Shown: one piece after another, positions 18,680-29,460 of the stretch
How the letters are laid out: every line of letters starts with the position of its first letter
How positions within the stretch are numbered: the first letter of the stretch is position 1
NCBI GenBank assembly: GCA_965226625.1
Contig: CBDDDK010000001.1
Coordinates: 36,910-100,909, forward strand
Direction of reading: 5' to 3'
Length of the DNA stretch: 64,000 nucleotides
DNA from: Longimicrobiales bacterium
Lineage (GTDB): Bacteria > Gemmatimonadota > Gemmatimonadetes > Longimicrobiales > Gaopeijiaceae
Program-made: the position numbers and the translations under genes
Notes under the pieces: model-generated
Told to the model about the DNA's origin: nothing
Database searches by the model: none
The model's input: the letters and a program-made list of their open reading frames with translations, nothing else

Positions 18680-20629
18680 ATGAGCAACGCTGATACCACG
18701 CCGCTGACACCGCGCCCCCTGTCCTGGCCTCCCCCTGGATTGGAAAAACTCCAGGGTCACCTGTGGAGGGCAATTCTTATCGCTTGGGCCGGTAGCGTCA
18801 TCCTCGTGCTCCCGCTCCTGTGGGCGCTTGCCGTGGAACAGCCGTTCTACAGCCTCGGGCCGCTCGAGGAAAATTGGCAGGTCGGTGTGGGTATCGCGAT
18901 GCTCGGTGGCATCATCATCCTCTTCGCGTTCGGCACATTCTTCGGCATCATGCGCGCCTCCGCCGAGGCGGCGGAAGACGGCTTCGGCACATTGACGATC
19001 CTGGAGGTCCTCACCGACAAAGGTCGAGACACGGGCTTCCTCATCCAAGGTAAGCGTCACTTCGGCCTGCTCGACGCGCGTCAGCGCTCGGCAGTGGTGA
19101 GCGCCCGCTTGCGCGGAGCGGGGCTCGTGCTCGCCGCCGCGCTCTGGTTCGTCGTGGGTTTTGGCCTCGCGGTGATGCTCTCGGCGCGAGGCTTCCTGAC
19201 CCCATCGGGAATCTGGCTCATGACCATGGGGCCGACCGGCTTCATGCTCGCGATCGGCTTGGCCGTGCTTGTGATGGTGTCCATCAAGGTTCACGAGGTG
19301 AAGACAGCATGGGACGCGCAAGAAGGCGTTGACGCGATTCATGCCGAAAAGGCCGCGTGGGTCGAGCGCCTCGACGAAGCTGGCGACACGGTCATACTCG
19401 GCGCCGGGCCCAAAGGCGAAGGAAACCGCTTCCGGCTCGGAGCGACGATCGTGGTGTTGCTTTTCCTCGGCGCTTTCGTGCCCACCATGACCGTGGCCGT
19501 GACCACGTCGATCGGACCGATACTGGCTCAGATCGCGGTGCCGGCTTTCCTCTCGGTGCAAGAGATGGCGGGTGGAGCGGAAGCCCTTCGGCGGTACGCG
19601 GCAGAGCCCGATCCCTCCATCGCTCCCTCGCAGGCAGGGGAGGCTCTGCAAAACATCGCCTTCGTGGGGGGTGGCACCCCCGAAGCGTGGGAACAGGCAC
19701 CCGAGAACCGGTATGAAGAAGGATGGTTCCCTGATCCCCTCGTGTTCCCCGACCCGTTCTCCGAAGGGATCGCGTTCGAGCTTATGAGCATCCCGCTCAG
19801 TGGGCGGTCACCCGGTGAGCAAGCCGCGATGCAGCAGGCGGCGCTGCACCCCGCACATGAGGAATTCCACCTGCTCGCCCGCGCCGAGCTGGTAGACGTG
19901 GTCAGCGGCCGGTGGATCGCGCCCTTCCCCGATTCACTGACCTTCCGCGACCTTCCGTGGCCGCGCTTCCAGGCGTTTCGCACTGCTGGCCTCGCGCAGG
20001 TGGCCAGGGCGTCGGTGGAGGCCAACGGCGGTCGACACGAGGACGCCGAGCATACCCTCGCGGAACTGATTTCAACCGGTTTCCTACTCATCGACCAGGG
20101 TCCGACGCTCATCGACAATCTGATGGGGGTTGTGTTGACCGATATGGGTGGCGACGCCCTGGAAGGGTACTTCCGGCGAATCGGCGACGACGCCAGAGCG
20201 GAAGCCCTGGTGTGGGCCCGTGAGGGCGCCTCCGCAGCCGCGAAGAGATCGCGCGCTGGCACGATACCGGAGGACGTCCACTCTCTGCTGCAAGGCGTGC
20301 CGGACCTGGTCACGAACGACGGAGCGTTACGGGGTCTCCGGTGGGAGTACTTTGCGACCTTCAACATGCTCGCGCCGTGCATCAACCTCCATAAAATGGT
20401 CTTCGGACCTGACGAAGCTTATAACGACTGGCGCGCAGATGCCCGAGATGCACTGGTCCGCGTCCGTGGAGAGCGGGACCTCTTCGACCTGGCCGAGCGC
20501 GGCGCGCTCGGGGCCGGTGGACAGGAGCTGCAGGGGTTTCTGCCGCGCTTCCTGCGACTCACGCTCGGAAGCCGCGGCGCACCAGGAAGCTGTGCGTCCT
20601 TGATCGCCTCCGTGCGGACGGAGAACTAG
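18680..20629 (+). CDS. Hypothetical membrane protein (about 6 N-terminal TM segments plus a large soluble C-terminal region)
   Basis: Long ORF with coherent composition, and no family recognised. Start placed at ATG 18680 (MSNADTTPL...) to avoid overlap with the divergent gene; the track start is 18578. Confidence 0.5.
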   Translation: MSNADTTPLTPRPLSWPPPGLEKLQGHLWRAILIAWAGSVILVLPLLWALAVEQPFYSLGPLEENWQVGVGIAMLGGIIILFAFGTFFGIMRASAEAAEDGFGTLTILEVLTDKGRDTGFLIQGKRHFGLLDARQRSAVVSARLRGAGLVLAAALWFVVGFGLAVMLSARGFLTPSGIWLMTMGPTGFMLAIGLAVLVMVSIKVHEVKTAWDAQEGVDAIHAEKAAWVERLDEAGDTVILGAGPKGEGNRFRLGATIVVLLFLGAFVPTMTVAVTTSIGPILAQIAVPAFLSVQEMAGGAEALRRYAAEPDPSIAPSQAGEALQNIAFVGGGTPEAWEQAPENRYEEGWFPDPLVFPDPFSEGIAFELMSIPLSGRSPGEQAAMQQAALHPAHEEFHLLARAELVDVVSGRWIAPFPDSLTFRDLPWPRFQAFRTAGLAQVARASVEANGGRHEDAEHTLAELISTGFLLIDQGPTLIDNLMGVVLTDMGGDALEGYFRRIGDDARAEALVWAREGASAAAKRSRAGTIPEDVHSLLQGVPDLVTNDGALRGLRWEYFATFNMLAPCINLHKMVFGPDEAYNDWRADARDALVRVRGERDLFDLAERGALGAGGQELQGFLPRFLRLTLGSRGAPGSCASLIASVRTEN

Positions 20630-20633
20630 AAGA

Positions 20634-21551
20634 GTGCGATTCGTCCCGATAGTCGCCGCCGCGCTGGGGATCGCCGCGTGTGGCGCGGAGGCGCCTCCTG
20701 AATCCCGGTCTTCCGGACCGTTGCCCCCCGGCCCGCCGGGTACCGACGTCTGGCTCGCGCTCCTGACGAGCACTCCAGAGGGCATGCCGAGTATCGGCAC
20801 GCCCGCGAACCTCACGGAACGCCCGGGCTACGACAACCAGCCATACTTTTTGCCCGACGGCTCGGGATTCTGGTTCACGGCGGTCGACGAGCACTCGGGT
20901 CAAGCAGACATCTGGCGCTACGACATCACCTCGGCCGCGGTCGCCCGAGTCACGCAATCGTCGCCGGAGAGTGAGTACTCGGCGACGCCGCTACCGGATG
21001 GCTCCGGAATTTCGGTCATCCGGGTCGAGGCCGACTCGACCCAGCGTGTGTGGCGCTTCGACGCCGACGGACGAAACGCTGAGGTTCTGATTCCGGACAT
21101 CGCCCCAGTCGGCTACCACGAATGGGCTGACGAGCGAACGGTTGTGATGTTCGTGCTCGGTGATCCCGCGACGCTCCAGATCTGGAACCAGAACCTGGGC
21201 CTGCTCTCGGTCGCTGCCCACGACGTAGGTCGCTCCATCCAGCCCATTCCTGGTTCGCATGACGTCAGCTACGTCCAGCGACACGCGGACGGCACTTCGT
21301 CGATCATGCGACTTCGTCCGGGCACAGGGGAGTCGGAACTACTCACCGCCACACTGGATGGTGGAGACTTCCACGCGTGGACGCCGGACGGCGTCCTACT
21401 CATGGGCCGGGGTTCTTCGCTGGTGGCTTGGAAACCGGGCTCGGGATCGGAATGGACGGAAGTCGCGAACTTCGCCGACATCGGAATGACGATCTCACGT
21501 CTCGCAGTGAGTCCGGATGGGGCTCACATCGCGATCGTCGCAGAGTTCTAG
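20634..21551 (+). CDS. TolB-like beta-propeller lipoprotein
   Basis: GTG start, signal MRFVPIVAAALGIAAC|G. Repeated PD40-like strands (YDNQPYFLPDGSGFWF, EYSATPLPDGSGISV, ISRLAVSPDGAHIAIV). Confidence 0.6.
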   Translation: MRFVPIVAAALGIAACGAEAPPESRSSGPLPPGPPGTDVWLALLTSTPEGMPSIGTPANLTERPGYDNQPYFLPDGSGFWFTAVDEHSGQADIWRYDITSAAVARVTQSSPESEYSATPLPDGSGISVIRVEADSTQRVWRFDADGRNAEVLIPDIAPVGYHEWADERTVVMFVLGDPATLQIWNQNLGLLSVAAHDVGRSIQPIPGSHDVSYVQRHADGTSSIMRLRPGTGESELLTATLDGGDFHAWTPDGVLLMGRGSSLVAWKPGSGSEWTEVANFADIGMTISRLAVSPDGAHIAIVAEF

Positions 21552-21627
21552 AAACGCGCATACACAGCCGGGCCGAGCCGTGCCGCCGCCGACCCGCTTT
21601 CGGCGCGCTGGTGGACTGCACCAATGG

Positions 21628-22453
21628 ATGGATGATGTGAGATTCCGCAGACCGATTCTAGTTGCGCTGGTGATCGCGTTTGTGGGCTGTGAGCAGTCGA
21701 CCGGCCCGGCACTGGACGCCGTCGACGACGCCTCGCTCGCCCAGTTGGCCGAGCATGTCTCCGAGGCGAACGACGTCCGGCTGCCTTCCCTTGGCGCACT
21801 GCTGCGCGCGTCCCGAGAGGCGATCCAAGCAATGGACGAGGGGAACACGGCCGCGGTCCGTCATTTCCACGCCGCGCGTGGGTTCGCGATGGCCGCAGAA
21901 GACTCGCTGGAAGCCGGGAACGACGACGCCGCCAAGCGGCTCTCCAACCGAAGCTACGGTCACGCGCTCCAGGGCATCTTGGCCGCACTCGGACCCGACG
22001 TGGCCGCTAGGGGCAGTGGCGGGCTCGGCCGCCGGACTGGCGCGCGTCCAGGGACGTATCCAGGGCCGTGACGTTTCCGAGCGCATCGACGCGCGGGTGG
22101 CGCGCATCGCGGACCTCATTGCGACGGCGGAGGCAAAGCTCGACGCGGGCGAAGCAGAGGCGGCACTGCGGCACGCGTTGGCGGGAGCGGAGGCCCTCCG
22201 ACACCTCTCGCCACGATACGTGGCCGGGCAGTGGATCCGTCACGCGACGCAGTCGTTGCGCGCCGGAATCCAGGCCGTGGGCGACGTACCCACTGACGAG
22301 GAGGCACGGGCGCTTCAGCGTGCTCGGCGGCTACTGAACGTTGCGAAGGACGAGTTGGAGGCCGGCCATCCCGGGCGCTCCGTCGAGGCCGCCGCGCGGT
22401 CAGTCCGGTTGTCGGCGGGAGTGATCAGGAGCCGCTCCACGGATTCCGGCTGA
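21628..22453 (+). pseudogene. Helical lipoprotein, apparently frameshifted
   Basis: MDDVRFRRPILVALVIAFVGC|EQS... reads well to ...ALQGILAALGPDVAA (about 22005), then turns Gly/Arg-rich. The +1 frame continues plausibly (AVAGSAAGLARVQGRIQGRDVSERIDARVARIADLIATAEAKLDAGEAEAALRHAL...) to 22453. Confidence 0.4.
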
Positions 22454-22536
22454 GCCCCGGGAGGTCTTCACACCAGGGGCCAAGGCAGGCTACTTGGTCA
22501 CCCACTCCTTCCACGTCGCCGCCGCGGATCCCACGG

Positions 22537-22836
22537 TCAGGTCATTCCCTCTGCGCACCAGGGCATGCGCAGGATCAGCGGCTCTTCGCAGGCGATCTCG
22601 AGCCAGCGATCGTCACCGTAGTAAGCCGTTTGCAGACCCAGCGCCTTGAAGCGTTTAGCGTCTCGATCGATGAGCCGCCCTTCGCCGAACTTCTGGAAGA
22701 AACGGCGGAGTTCCCCCTTGGATGGCGAGCGCTGCTTGAAATCCATGAAGTGCACGTTTACTCGGCGCTCCTTGAAGAATCGCTGCGCCTTGCGCACGTC
22801 GGCGTTTGTGTTCACACCGAAGATCTGGACGTCCAT
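22537..22836 (-). CDS. ArsC/Spx/YffB-family (glutaredoxin-fold) protein
   Basis: From ATG 22836: MDVQIFGVNTNADVRKAQRFFKERRVNVHFMDFKQRSPSKGELRRFFQKFG..., the family layout. The track ORF extends spuriously upstream. Confidence 0.7.
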   Translation of the reverse strand: MDVQIFGVNTNADVRKAQRFFKERRVNVHFMDFKQRSPSKGELRRFFQKFGEGRLIDRDAKRFKALGLQTAYYGDDRWLEIACEEPLILRMPWCAEGMT

Positions 22837-22987
22837 GACCGCCAAAATATCGCTCCGGTGGCACCGCAGAAACCGTGCTTCGCCACCGAAACCAGCGTGC
22901 ACTTCGCCAGTGCTCGGCGCGGACGCGCTACCCGAGCGCTGCCGATGTTCTTGATGATGCCAATGGTTACAAGAAGATTGTGGGGCC

Positions 22988-24001
22988 ATGGATCTACAGC
23001 TCGGCCTCTTCCCTGACGAAGCACCGCGGCTGGCGACGGCACCGGTCGCAGCCGTCAAGCACGCCGCCCGACAGTCTGAGATAGCGAACAAGCTGCCGGT
23101 CGAGTTGCGCCTAGGCACGTCGTCTTGGAGCTTTCCGGGTTGGGAGGGCATCGTCTATGACCGGCGAGTGTCCCAGCAGACGCTTTCCAGTCACGGCCTC
23201 ACGGCATACGCGCAGCACCCGCTCCTGCGCACCGTCGGTGTCGATCGAACGTTCTATCGCCCGATATCTTCCGACGCGTTCCGTGCCTACGCGAACGCGG
23301 TGCCGGCGGACTTCAGATTCCTTGTGAAGGCGGATCGGTTGCTCACCTCGCCAACCGACACGGAAGGATATGGCGTTCGAGGGCCCAACCCTCGTTTCCT
23401 GGACCCGCAGTACGCGGCGAACGAGGTGATCGGGCCGATGATCGATGGGCTCGGGAGCAAGGCGGGTCCCCTCCTCTTTCAATTCCCACCAATCCATCCC
23501 AACCTCGTCGGTGGACGCGACCCCTTCATAGAACGGCTGCACGGGTTCCTCGACGCGCTGCCGAAGGATCCCCTGTACGCGATCGAGCTGCGTACAGCGG
23601 CGTTTCTCACCGATTCGTATTCGGAGGCCTTGCGCGCCACCGGCGCGGCGCATTGCTATTCGGTGCACCCCGCGATGGCTTCGCTCGAGCGGCAACTGGA
23701 CTCGGTGCAGGCGTATCAACAACCGGTCCTCGTAATGCGCTGGATGTTGCACTCGGGCCTGCGCTACGAGGTCGCAAGAGAACGCTACGAACCCTTCGAC
23801 AAGATCGTCGATGAGGACGCGGAGACCCGAGAGCGTATCGCGATCGCCGCTCTGGACGCACTCATCGCCGAGAAAGGCGTGTTCGTGATCGCCAACAACA
23901 AAGCGGAGGGCTCGGCGCCACTCTCCATCTTCCGACTCGCGGAGCGCATCGCCGAGTGGGATGCCCGCGGCTCCGACCTCCCGGCTACGCGTGCGCCGTA
24001 G
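22988..24001 (+). CDS. DUF72 (YecE/UPF0759) family protein
   Basis: LRLGTSSWSFPGWEGIVYD..., FRFLVKADRLLT and LLFQFPP are characteristic DUF72 blocks. Confidence 0.8.
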   Translation: MDLQLGLFPDEAPRLATAPVAAVKHAARQSEIANKLPVELRLGTSSWSFPGWEGIVYDRRVSQQTLSSHGLTAYAQHPLLRTVGVDRTFYRPISSDAFRAYANAVPADFRFLVKADRLLTSPTDTEGYGVRGPNPRFLDPQYAANEVIGPMIDGLGSKAGPLLFQFPPIHPNLVGGRDPFIERLHGFLDALPKDPLYAIELRTAAFLTDSYSEALRATGAAHCYSVHPAMASLERQLDSVQAYQQPVLVMRWMLHSGLRYEVARERYEPFDKIVDEDAETRERIAIAALDALIAEKGVFVIANNKAEGSAPLSIFRLAERIAEWDARGSDLPATRAP

Positions 24002-24015
24002 CCCGCGCGTGGCGC

Positions 24016-24927
24016 CTACCTAGTCAGCCGCCGCTCGACTCCGGTCTCGAGATCTAGCACGTACAGTGCAGAAGTGGGCCACTCGCCCCGGACGAAGGCC
24101 AGCCAACGACCATCTGAGGAAGGTCTGGGAGCGAAGCCGTCCGTGAGCACCAGGCGTAGTGATCCCGTACTCGCGCGCGCGACCAGCAGAGAGTCGTTTC
24201 GGGTGAGGTAGATGTCGTCGCCGTTCGGCGCCCACGCGGGCAATGTGCCTGCCCCGACCCGCCCCCACCCCCCGGCGGTGGTCGCCAAATACACGTACTC
24301 GCCGTCCTCCATGGTGATCTGAACGGCCAGACGCGTCCCATCCGGAGACCACGCCGGACCATGGTGCTCCGTCCCGGGACCGTTTCCGACGGCCCGCACG
24401 TTCGAGCCGTCCGCGTCCATGATGTGAAGCCGGGGGGCACCGTCGGTCCGGTCGGAGATGAAAGCGAGGCTCTGACCGTCGGGGGAAAACGCCGGATCCG
24501 CATCTTCCGCCAGGTGGTCGGTGAGCCGCTCGACCTGCATGCCGTCGGGCCGCATTCTGTAAATCTCCGATTGGCCGTCGCGCGTGGAGCTGAACGCAAC
24601 CCAGAGCCCGTCCCTCGACCAGGTAGGCCAGAGGTCGGGTCCGTCCGACACACGCAAGCCCGAGCCTGGCTCGAGCGCCGAGCCCGTCGTATCCGGACCG
24701 AGCACGCCGTACAGCCGGTACCGGCCGCCCTGGTGCCACGCCGCTAGCAGCCGGTCCCCGCTCGGCGACCAAACCGCCTCCTGTATGAAGTCGACCTCTA
24801 GCTTCTCGGGCTCCGTCTGGGCGGGCCGCATTTCCGACTCCCCACCGCAGCCCGATGCCACGAGGCACACACACAGCACCAGGGGCCCAATCCAGCGAGG
24901 ACCAGCCACGTATGACGAACGACGCAT
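24016..24927 (-). CDS. PD40/TolB-like beta-propeller lipoprotein
   Basis: From ATG 24927: MRRSSYVAGPRWIGPLVLCVCLVASGC|GG. Repeated WSPDG/FSPDG/WSRDG propeller motifs. Confidence 0.7.
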   Translation of the reverse strand: MRRSSYVAGPRWIGPLVLCVCLVASGCGGESEMRPAQTEPEKLEVDFIQEAVWSPSGDRLLAAWHQGGRYRLYGVLGPDTTGSALEPGSGLRVSDGPDLWPTWSRDGLWVAFSSTRDGQSEIYRMRPDGMQVERLTDHLAEDADPAFSPDGQSLAFISDRTDGAPRLHIMDADGSNVRAVGNGPGTEHHGPAWSPDGTRLAVQITMEDGEYVYLATTAGGWGRVGAGTLPAWAPNGDDIYLTRNDSLLVARASTGSLRLVLTDGFAPRPSSDGRWLAFVRGEWPTSALYVLDLETGVERRLTR

Positions 24928-25161
24928 GGCATTCACTTTCCCCGGTCCTATCCGATACTGTGCGTGGAGACGCAAGTTCTGGCCCATGATCCTCTCGACC
25001 TGATCCTCGAAATACCCGCGACTCACGAGTCGGTCCCAGATCACCACCTATGGGTGGTCGTCCTCGGCTCAACTTGCGTCGGGGATTGCGACCGGCAAGA
25101 GTACATTTTGGCAAGGATCCGATTCCAACGACTAGGTTCATGTCTCTGGCTGGAGGACCAC

Positions 25162-25380
25162 ATGAAGAGACTCACAATCCTCACCCTCGCCCTACTCGCT
25201 GGTGGTGCTTGCGGAAGCGGTTCCGGCAACACGCAGGCCGCTGCTGATACGCTCACACGGGCCCAGAAGGACAACATCATCGGGAACCTACCGGTTCCTG
25301 GAGCGAGCGGCGTGAGAGGTGCTCTGTCAGCCGTGGAGCGAGCGAAGGCCCGTGCGGAGCAGCACGACACCATAAGTTGA
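25162..25380 (+). CDS. Small lipoprotein
   Basis: MKRLTILTLALLAGGAC|GSG. GGAGGA Shine-Dalgarno 5 nt upstream of ATG 25162. Confidence 0.5.
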   Translation: MKRLTILTLALLAGGACGSGSGNTQAAADTLTRAQKDNIIGNLPVPGASGVRGALSAVERAKARAEQHDTIS

Positions 25381-25459
25381 GCCCGACGGATGGTCGGCTG
25401 GGCGATCGGCTCGACGTGTTGTAGCTTGGTAGCCAATCCAGAATATCTACAACGTACGA

Positions 25460-26854
25460 ATGAAGCTTTCTCCCAAAGACACCGTCGGCCTGCTCCTCGT
25501 AGCCGGAACATTGGGCACGCTGTACCTCCACATCAGTCCGGACGGTCACGCCTCCAAGCACCCGAGTTCGGCCCGCGGCGGTGGAGGCTCCGTCACCACG
25601 GCGGTCGAGAGCAGCGCGGTGACGTTCGTGAACGTGAACGTACTACCTATGGATCGGGACCGCGTCCTCCGGAATCAGGTCGTGATCGTCGAGGGCGGCT
25701 TCGTTCAGAGTATCGGCCCAGCCGGGCAAATGAGACCCCCGCCCGGCGCGCTCATCGTCCCGGGCGACGGCAGCAGGTATCTGGTGCCCGGACTCACCGA
25801 CGCGCACGTACACTTGGAAGAGGACGCGGAGCAGTGGCTCAAGCTCTTCGTTGCGAACGGTGTCACGACGGTCTTCAATCTGGAGGGCGAGCCACGCCAC
25901 CTCGAGCTTCGTGACCGGATCCGCTCCGATGAGGTGTTGGGCCCGACGATGTACACGTCTGGTCCCTTCACCAACGAGCCGAGGATAGAAACGCCGCAGC
26001 AGGCCGAAGGGGAGGTGCGTGAGCAGGTCCGGCTCGGGTACGACTTCGTGAAGATTCACGGCAATCTCTCCGCAGACGCGTACCAGCGGCTCGTCGAGGT
26101 CGGCTCGGAGGAAGGGATTCCGATCGTCGGGCACGCCCCGCGGAACCTGTCGCTGCGCGAGGTGCTCGAGAGCGGTCAAGCGTCTATTGTGCACGCCGAA
26201 GAGCTGATCTATGCGAGGTTCCCTACCCTCGATCCGTCAGACCTGGAGCGCGTCGCATCCGAGATCGCGGCAGCGCGCATGTGGGTGACGCCTACGGTTT
26301 CGACCTTCGGCAACAACGAGACTCAGTGGGGCACGATCGCGGGACTCGGGACGAGACTCGCCTCCCGAGATGTGGACTACGTCCCTCGATCCCTGAGGGA
26401 CCGGTGGGCGGGCCCGAACGCCTATACGGACAAGGATTTCTCACAGCGCCCCCGGATCCGCGCGATGTTCGACTTCCACCAGCCGATGCTTCGCGCGCTC
26501 GGCCGCGCGGGCGTCCCGATGCTCGCAGGCACGGACGCTGGCAAGCCGGTCATGGTTCCGGGCTTCTCTCTTCATGACGAGATCGACGCGCTGGCCGCGG
26601 CCGGCCTGACGAGCTTCGACGCGCTCGAAGCCGCGACGAGCAACGCGGGGCGTTTTGTGCGTGAGTTCGTGGACGAGAATGCGAGCTTCGGCACCGTGAC
26701 GCGCGATGCGAGAGCAGACTTGATTCTGCTCGACGAGAACCCCTTGCTGGATCTCTCGCGACTTCGGCGGCCCGTGGGCGTGATGCTTCGCGGCCAATGG
26801 TACGACCGCGATGCGCTCGACCGGATGCTGGGAGAGGCGACCCGCGACCGCTAG
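25460..26854 (+). CDS. Amidohydrolase-family metallohydrolase (secreted or membrane-anchored)
   Basis: 464 aa. N-terminal hydrophobic anchor, then PGLTDAHVHL, VGHAPR and GTDAG metal-ligand blocks of the amidohydrolase superfamily. Confidence 0.75.
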   Translation: MKLSPKDTVGLLLVAGTLGTLYLHISPDGHASKHPSSARGGGGSVTTAVESSAVTFVNVNVLPMDRDRVLRNQVVIVEGGFVQSIGPAGQMRPPPGALIVPGDGSRYLVPGLTDAHVHLEEDAEQWLKLFVANGVTTVFNLEGEPRHLELRDRIRSDEVLGPTMYTSGPFTNEPRIETPQQAEGEVREQVRLGYDFVKIHGNLSADAYQRLVEVGSEEGIPIVGHAPRNLSLREVLESGQASIVHAEELIYARFPTLDPSDLERVASEIAAARMWVTPTVSTFGNNETQWGTIAGLGTRLASRDVDYVPRSLRDRWAGPNAYTDKDFSQRPRIRAMFDFHQPMLRALGRAGVPMLAGTDAGKPVMVPGFSLHDEIDALAAAGLTSFDALEAATSNAGRFVREFVDENASFGTVTRDARADLILLDENPLLDLSRLRRPVGVMLRGQWYDRDALDRMLGEATRDR

Positions 26855-27008
26855 GGCTGGTTACGCGCCTGGCTCGCCCCCAGACTCCGACTCGTCCGAG
26901 CGGCGCCCCGACGAGAGCAGCTTTTCTGTGCCGACTCGCCACGTCCGCGGATCGCAATAACTTGGTATGACTCGCCCAGCTTGAAACAATCCCCGTATAC
27001 GCCGAAAC

Positions 27009-28418
27009 ATGAGTGATTTTATCGAGCAGCCTCTGGCTCGGATCACCGAGGGGCTCCTGAAACGAGAGATTTCCAGCGCGGAGCTCGTGGATGAGGCCCT
27101 CTCACGACATGAGCGTCGGGGTACCGGACTACACGCCTACAAGCACCTGGACGCGCTGGCCGCAAAGAGTGCAGCGCGCCAAGCTGACGACCTACTCGCG
27201 AGCGGGTTGGGTGGACCGCTCTGCGGCATCCCGGTGTCCGTCAAGGACCTCTATGGGGTTGAGGGCATGCCGACCTTCGCGGGTACCACGCGCCGGCTGC
27301 CGGCTTCCTGGGAGACCGACGCGTGGCTGGTCTCCCAACTGCGCAAGCAGGGCGCCGTTTTCGTGGGCAAGACCCACACCGTCGAGCTCGCGTACGGCGC
27401 GGTAGGAATCAACCCACACTGGGGCACGCCCCGAAACCCGTGGGATGCCGAAGAAGCTCGCATTCCAGGAGGGTCGTCATGTGGAGCCGGCGTGAGCCTC
27501 TGGGAGGGCTCGGCTTTGGTCGCGCTCGGTAGCGACACAGGCGGCTCGATCCGCATCCCCGCGTCCATGACCGGGACGGTCGGCCACAAGCCTACGTACG
27601 ACCGTTGGTCGGTGGCCGGGGTCGTACCGCTGAGTGCGTCGTTCGACAGCGTCGGCGGGCTGACACGCACCGTAGAGGACAGCGTCTACCTCTTTGGCGC
27701 GATCGACCCCGCGTGGGGGGAAGCAAATGCACTGCTCCGACATCTCTCCGCGCTGTCCCCCGCTGACCTCCGCATTGCCGTGCCGAAATGCGACATCTGG
27801 GCCGACTGTCAGTCCGACATCGCCGACGTCCTGGAGCGTGCGCTCGATGACCTCGGCGCGCGCGGATGGGATCACCTGGTCGTAGACGGCTCGTTGCTCG
27901 ATCAAGCGCAGAGGCTGTACCTGACGGGTGGAATCGCCGGAGCGGAGTGTCGGGCCTTCCTGGAGCGAGACCTGCCGGGTTGGTTGGAGATCCTCCACCC
28001 GACGGTGGGCTCACGCCTAGCCGGTGCGCCCACGCACACCTCGGAGCGATACGCCGCATCCATAGCCGAGCGCGAGCAGCTGCTAGGCCGTGTGGAAACG
28101 CTCTTCGAGCGCGCCGATCTGCTCGTGCTGCCCACCGTGATCATCACACCCCCGCTCGTCTCGGATGTGCACGACCTCGATCGGTACGTAGAGACGAACA
28201 TCGCGGCGCTCCGCGCCACATGCCCTATCAACATGCTCGGCCTGTGTGCGGTGACACTTCCCGTGGGGCTCGACCAGGCCAATATGCCGGTGGGTTTGCA
28301 GTTGCTCGCACCAGCAGGTCAGGACGAGATGCTGCTGGGAGCCGCGCTCGCGGTCGAACGAGCGCTCGGGACGGCTGAGAGCCGGCTCGGACGGCCGCCC
28401 TACCTGGGCGTAGGCTGA
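27009..28418 (+). CDS. Amidase (amidase-signature family)
   Basis: 469 aa with GIPVSVKDL, GGSSCGAGVS and GSDTGGSIRIPAS (Ser-cisSer-Lys signature). Confidence 0.85.
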   Translation: MSDFIEQPLARITEGLLKREISSAELVDEALSRHERRGTGLHAYKHLDALAAKSAARQADDLLASGLGGPLCGIPVSVKDLYGVEGMPTFAGTTRRLPASWETDAWLVSQLRKQGAVFVGKTHTVELAYGAVGINPHWGTPRNPWDAEEARIPGGSSCGAGVSLWEGSALVALGSDTGGSIRIPASMTGTVGHKPTYDRWSVAGVVPLSASFDSVGGLTRTVEDSVYLFGAIDPAWGEANALLRHLSALSPADLRIAVPKCDIWADCQSDIADVLERALDDLGARGWDHLVVDGSLLDQAQRLYLTGGIAGAECRAFLERDLPGWLEILHPTVGSRLAGAPTHTSERYAASIAEREQLLGRVETLFERADLLVLPTVIITPPLVSDVHDLDRYVETNIAALRATCPINMLGLCAVTLPVGLDQANMPVGLQLLAPAGQDEMLLGAALAVERALGTAESRLGRPPYLGVG

Positions 28419-28509
28419 CGCGCTCTGCTTGCTAGCCCAGGATCGGGCTCTTGGGTATCGTTGTAGGCTTTAGTAAAACCGTCTGGGGACAGGGGAACAC
28501 GCCCGTCTG

Positions 28510-29460
28510 ATGTCGACCACACACTCCAATTCGAACGAGTGGGCCTTGATCCTCGGAGGCTCGAGCGGATTCGGCCTTGCCACGGCGCACAAGCTCTCTC
28601 GGCACGGCTCCAACGTCTGTGTCGTGCATCGCGATCGCCGGGGCGCGATGAAGCGCATAGAGCCGGAATTCGACGCGATACGCGGAAGGGGCGTCTCGCT
28701 GCTCACGTTCAACGCGGACGCGCTGAACGCGGAAAAACGCGACGAGATCCTGGACGCCCTCGCGGAGTCACTCGGAGCCGCTGGCAAGGTATGCGTGATG
28801 TTACACTCGATCGCCTTCGGCAACCTCAAGCTGATAGGCCCGGAAGGCGCTTCCGACAACGATGCGCGGGAGCGGTTGGCTGCCGCGATGCACGTCGACC
28901 CCCGGCAGCTGGCAGAGGCCGTCGACAGACTTTTCGAGCAGGGGGTGTATGGCCTGCAAGGCGTTAGCACCGCACCGCAATACTCCGCCGATGCGCTCCT
29001 CGAGGAGGAAGACATGGCGCGCACCATCCACTCGATGGGCACGAGCTTGCTCGGCTGGACTCAACGGCTCCGCGAGCGCGGCATGTTCGCTGACGACGCG
29101 CGCGTGTTTGGACTCACCAGCGAGGGCAACGCCGTTGCGTGGAAGGGGTATGCGGCAGTCGCCGCCGCCAAAGTCGCGCTGGAGTCCGTGTCCCGATCCA
29201 TCGCAGTAGAAATGGCACACTTCGGGATACGGTCGAACATCATCCAGGCGGGCGTCACGGATACGCCGGCGCTGCGCATGATCCCCGGGAGTGGGCATCT
29301 GAAAGCGCAGGCCGTGACGCGGAACCCATTCGGCAGACTCACCACACCCGAGGATGTCGCCAACGTGATCTATCTCCTGTCTCAGCCCGAGGCCGCGTGG
29401 ATCAATGGCGAGATCATTCGCGTAGATGGCGGCGAAGCGATTTCGGGGCTGTCACGATGA
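28510..29460 (+). CDS. SDR-family reductase, enoyl-ACP-reductase-like (Y-x6-K), with an internal insertion
   Basis: LILGGSSGFGLATAHKL dinucleotide motif. KGYAAVAAAKVALES has FabI/FabL-like Tyr-x6-Lys spacing. An insertion of about 50 aa (GPEGASDNDARERLAAAMHVDPRQLAEAVDRLFEQGVYGL...) is present. First gene of the coupled operon. Confidence 0.65.
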   Translation: MSTTHSNSNEWALILGGSSGFGLATAHKLSRHGSNVCVVHRDRRGAMKRIEPEFDAIRGRGVSLLTFNADALNAEKRDEILDALAESLGAAGKVCVMLHSIAFGNLKLIGPEGASDNDARERLAAAMHVDPRQLAEAVDRLFEQGVYGLQGVSTAPQYSADALLEEEDMARTIHSMGTSLLGWTQRLRERGMFADDARVFGLTSEGNAVAWKGYAAVAAAKVALESVSRSIAVEMAHFGIRSNIIQAGVTDTPALRMIPGSGHLKAQAVTRNPFGRLTTPEDVANVIYLLSQPEAAWINGEIIRVDGGEAISGLSR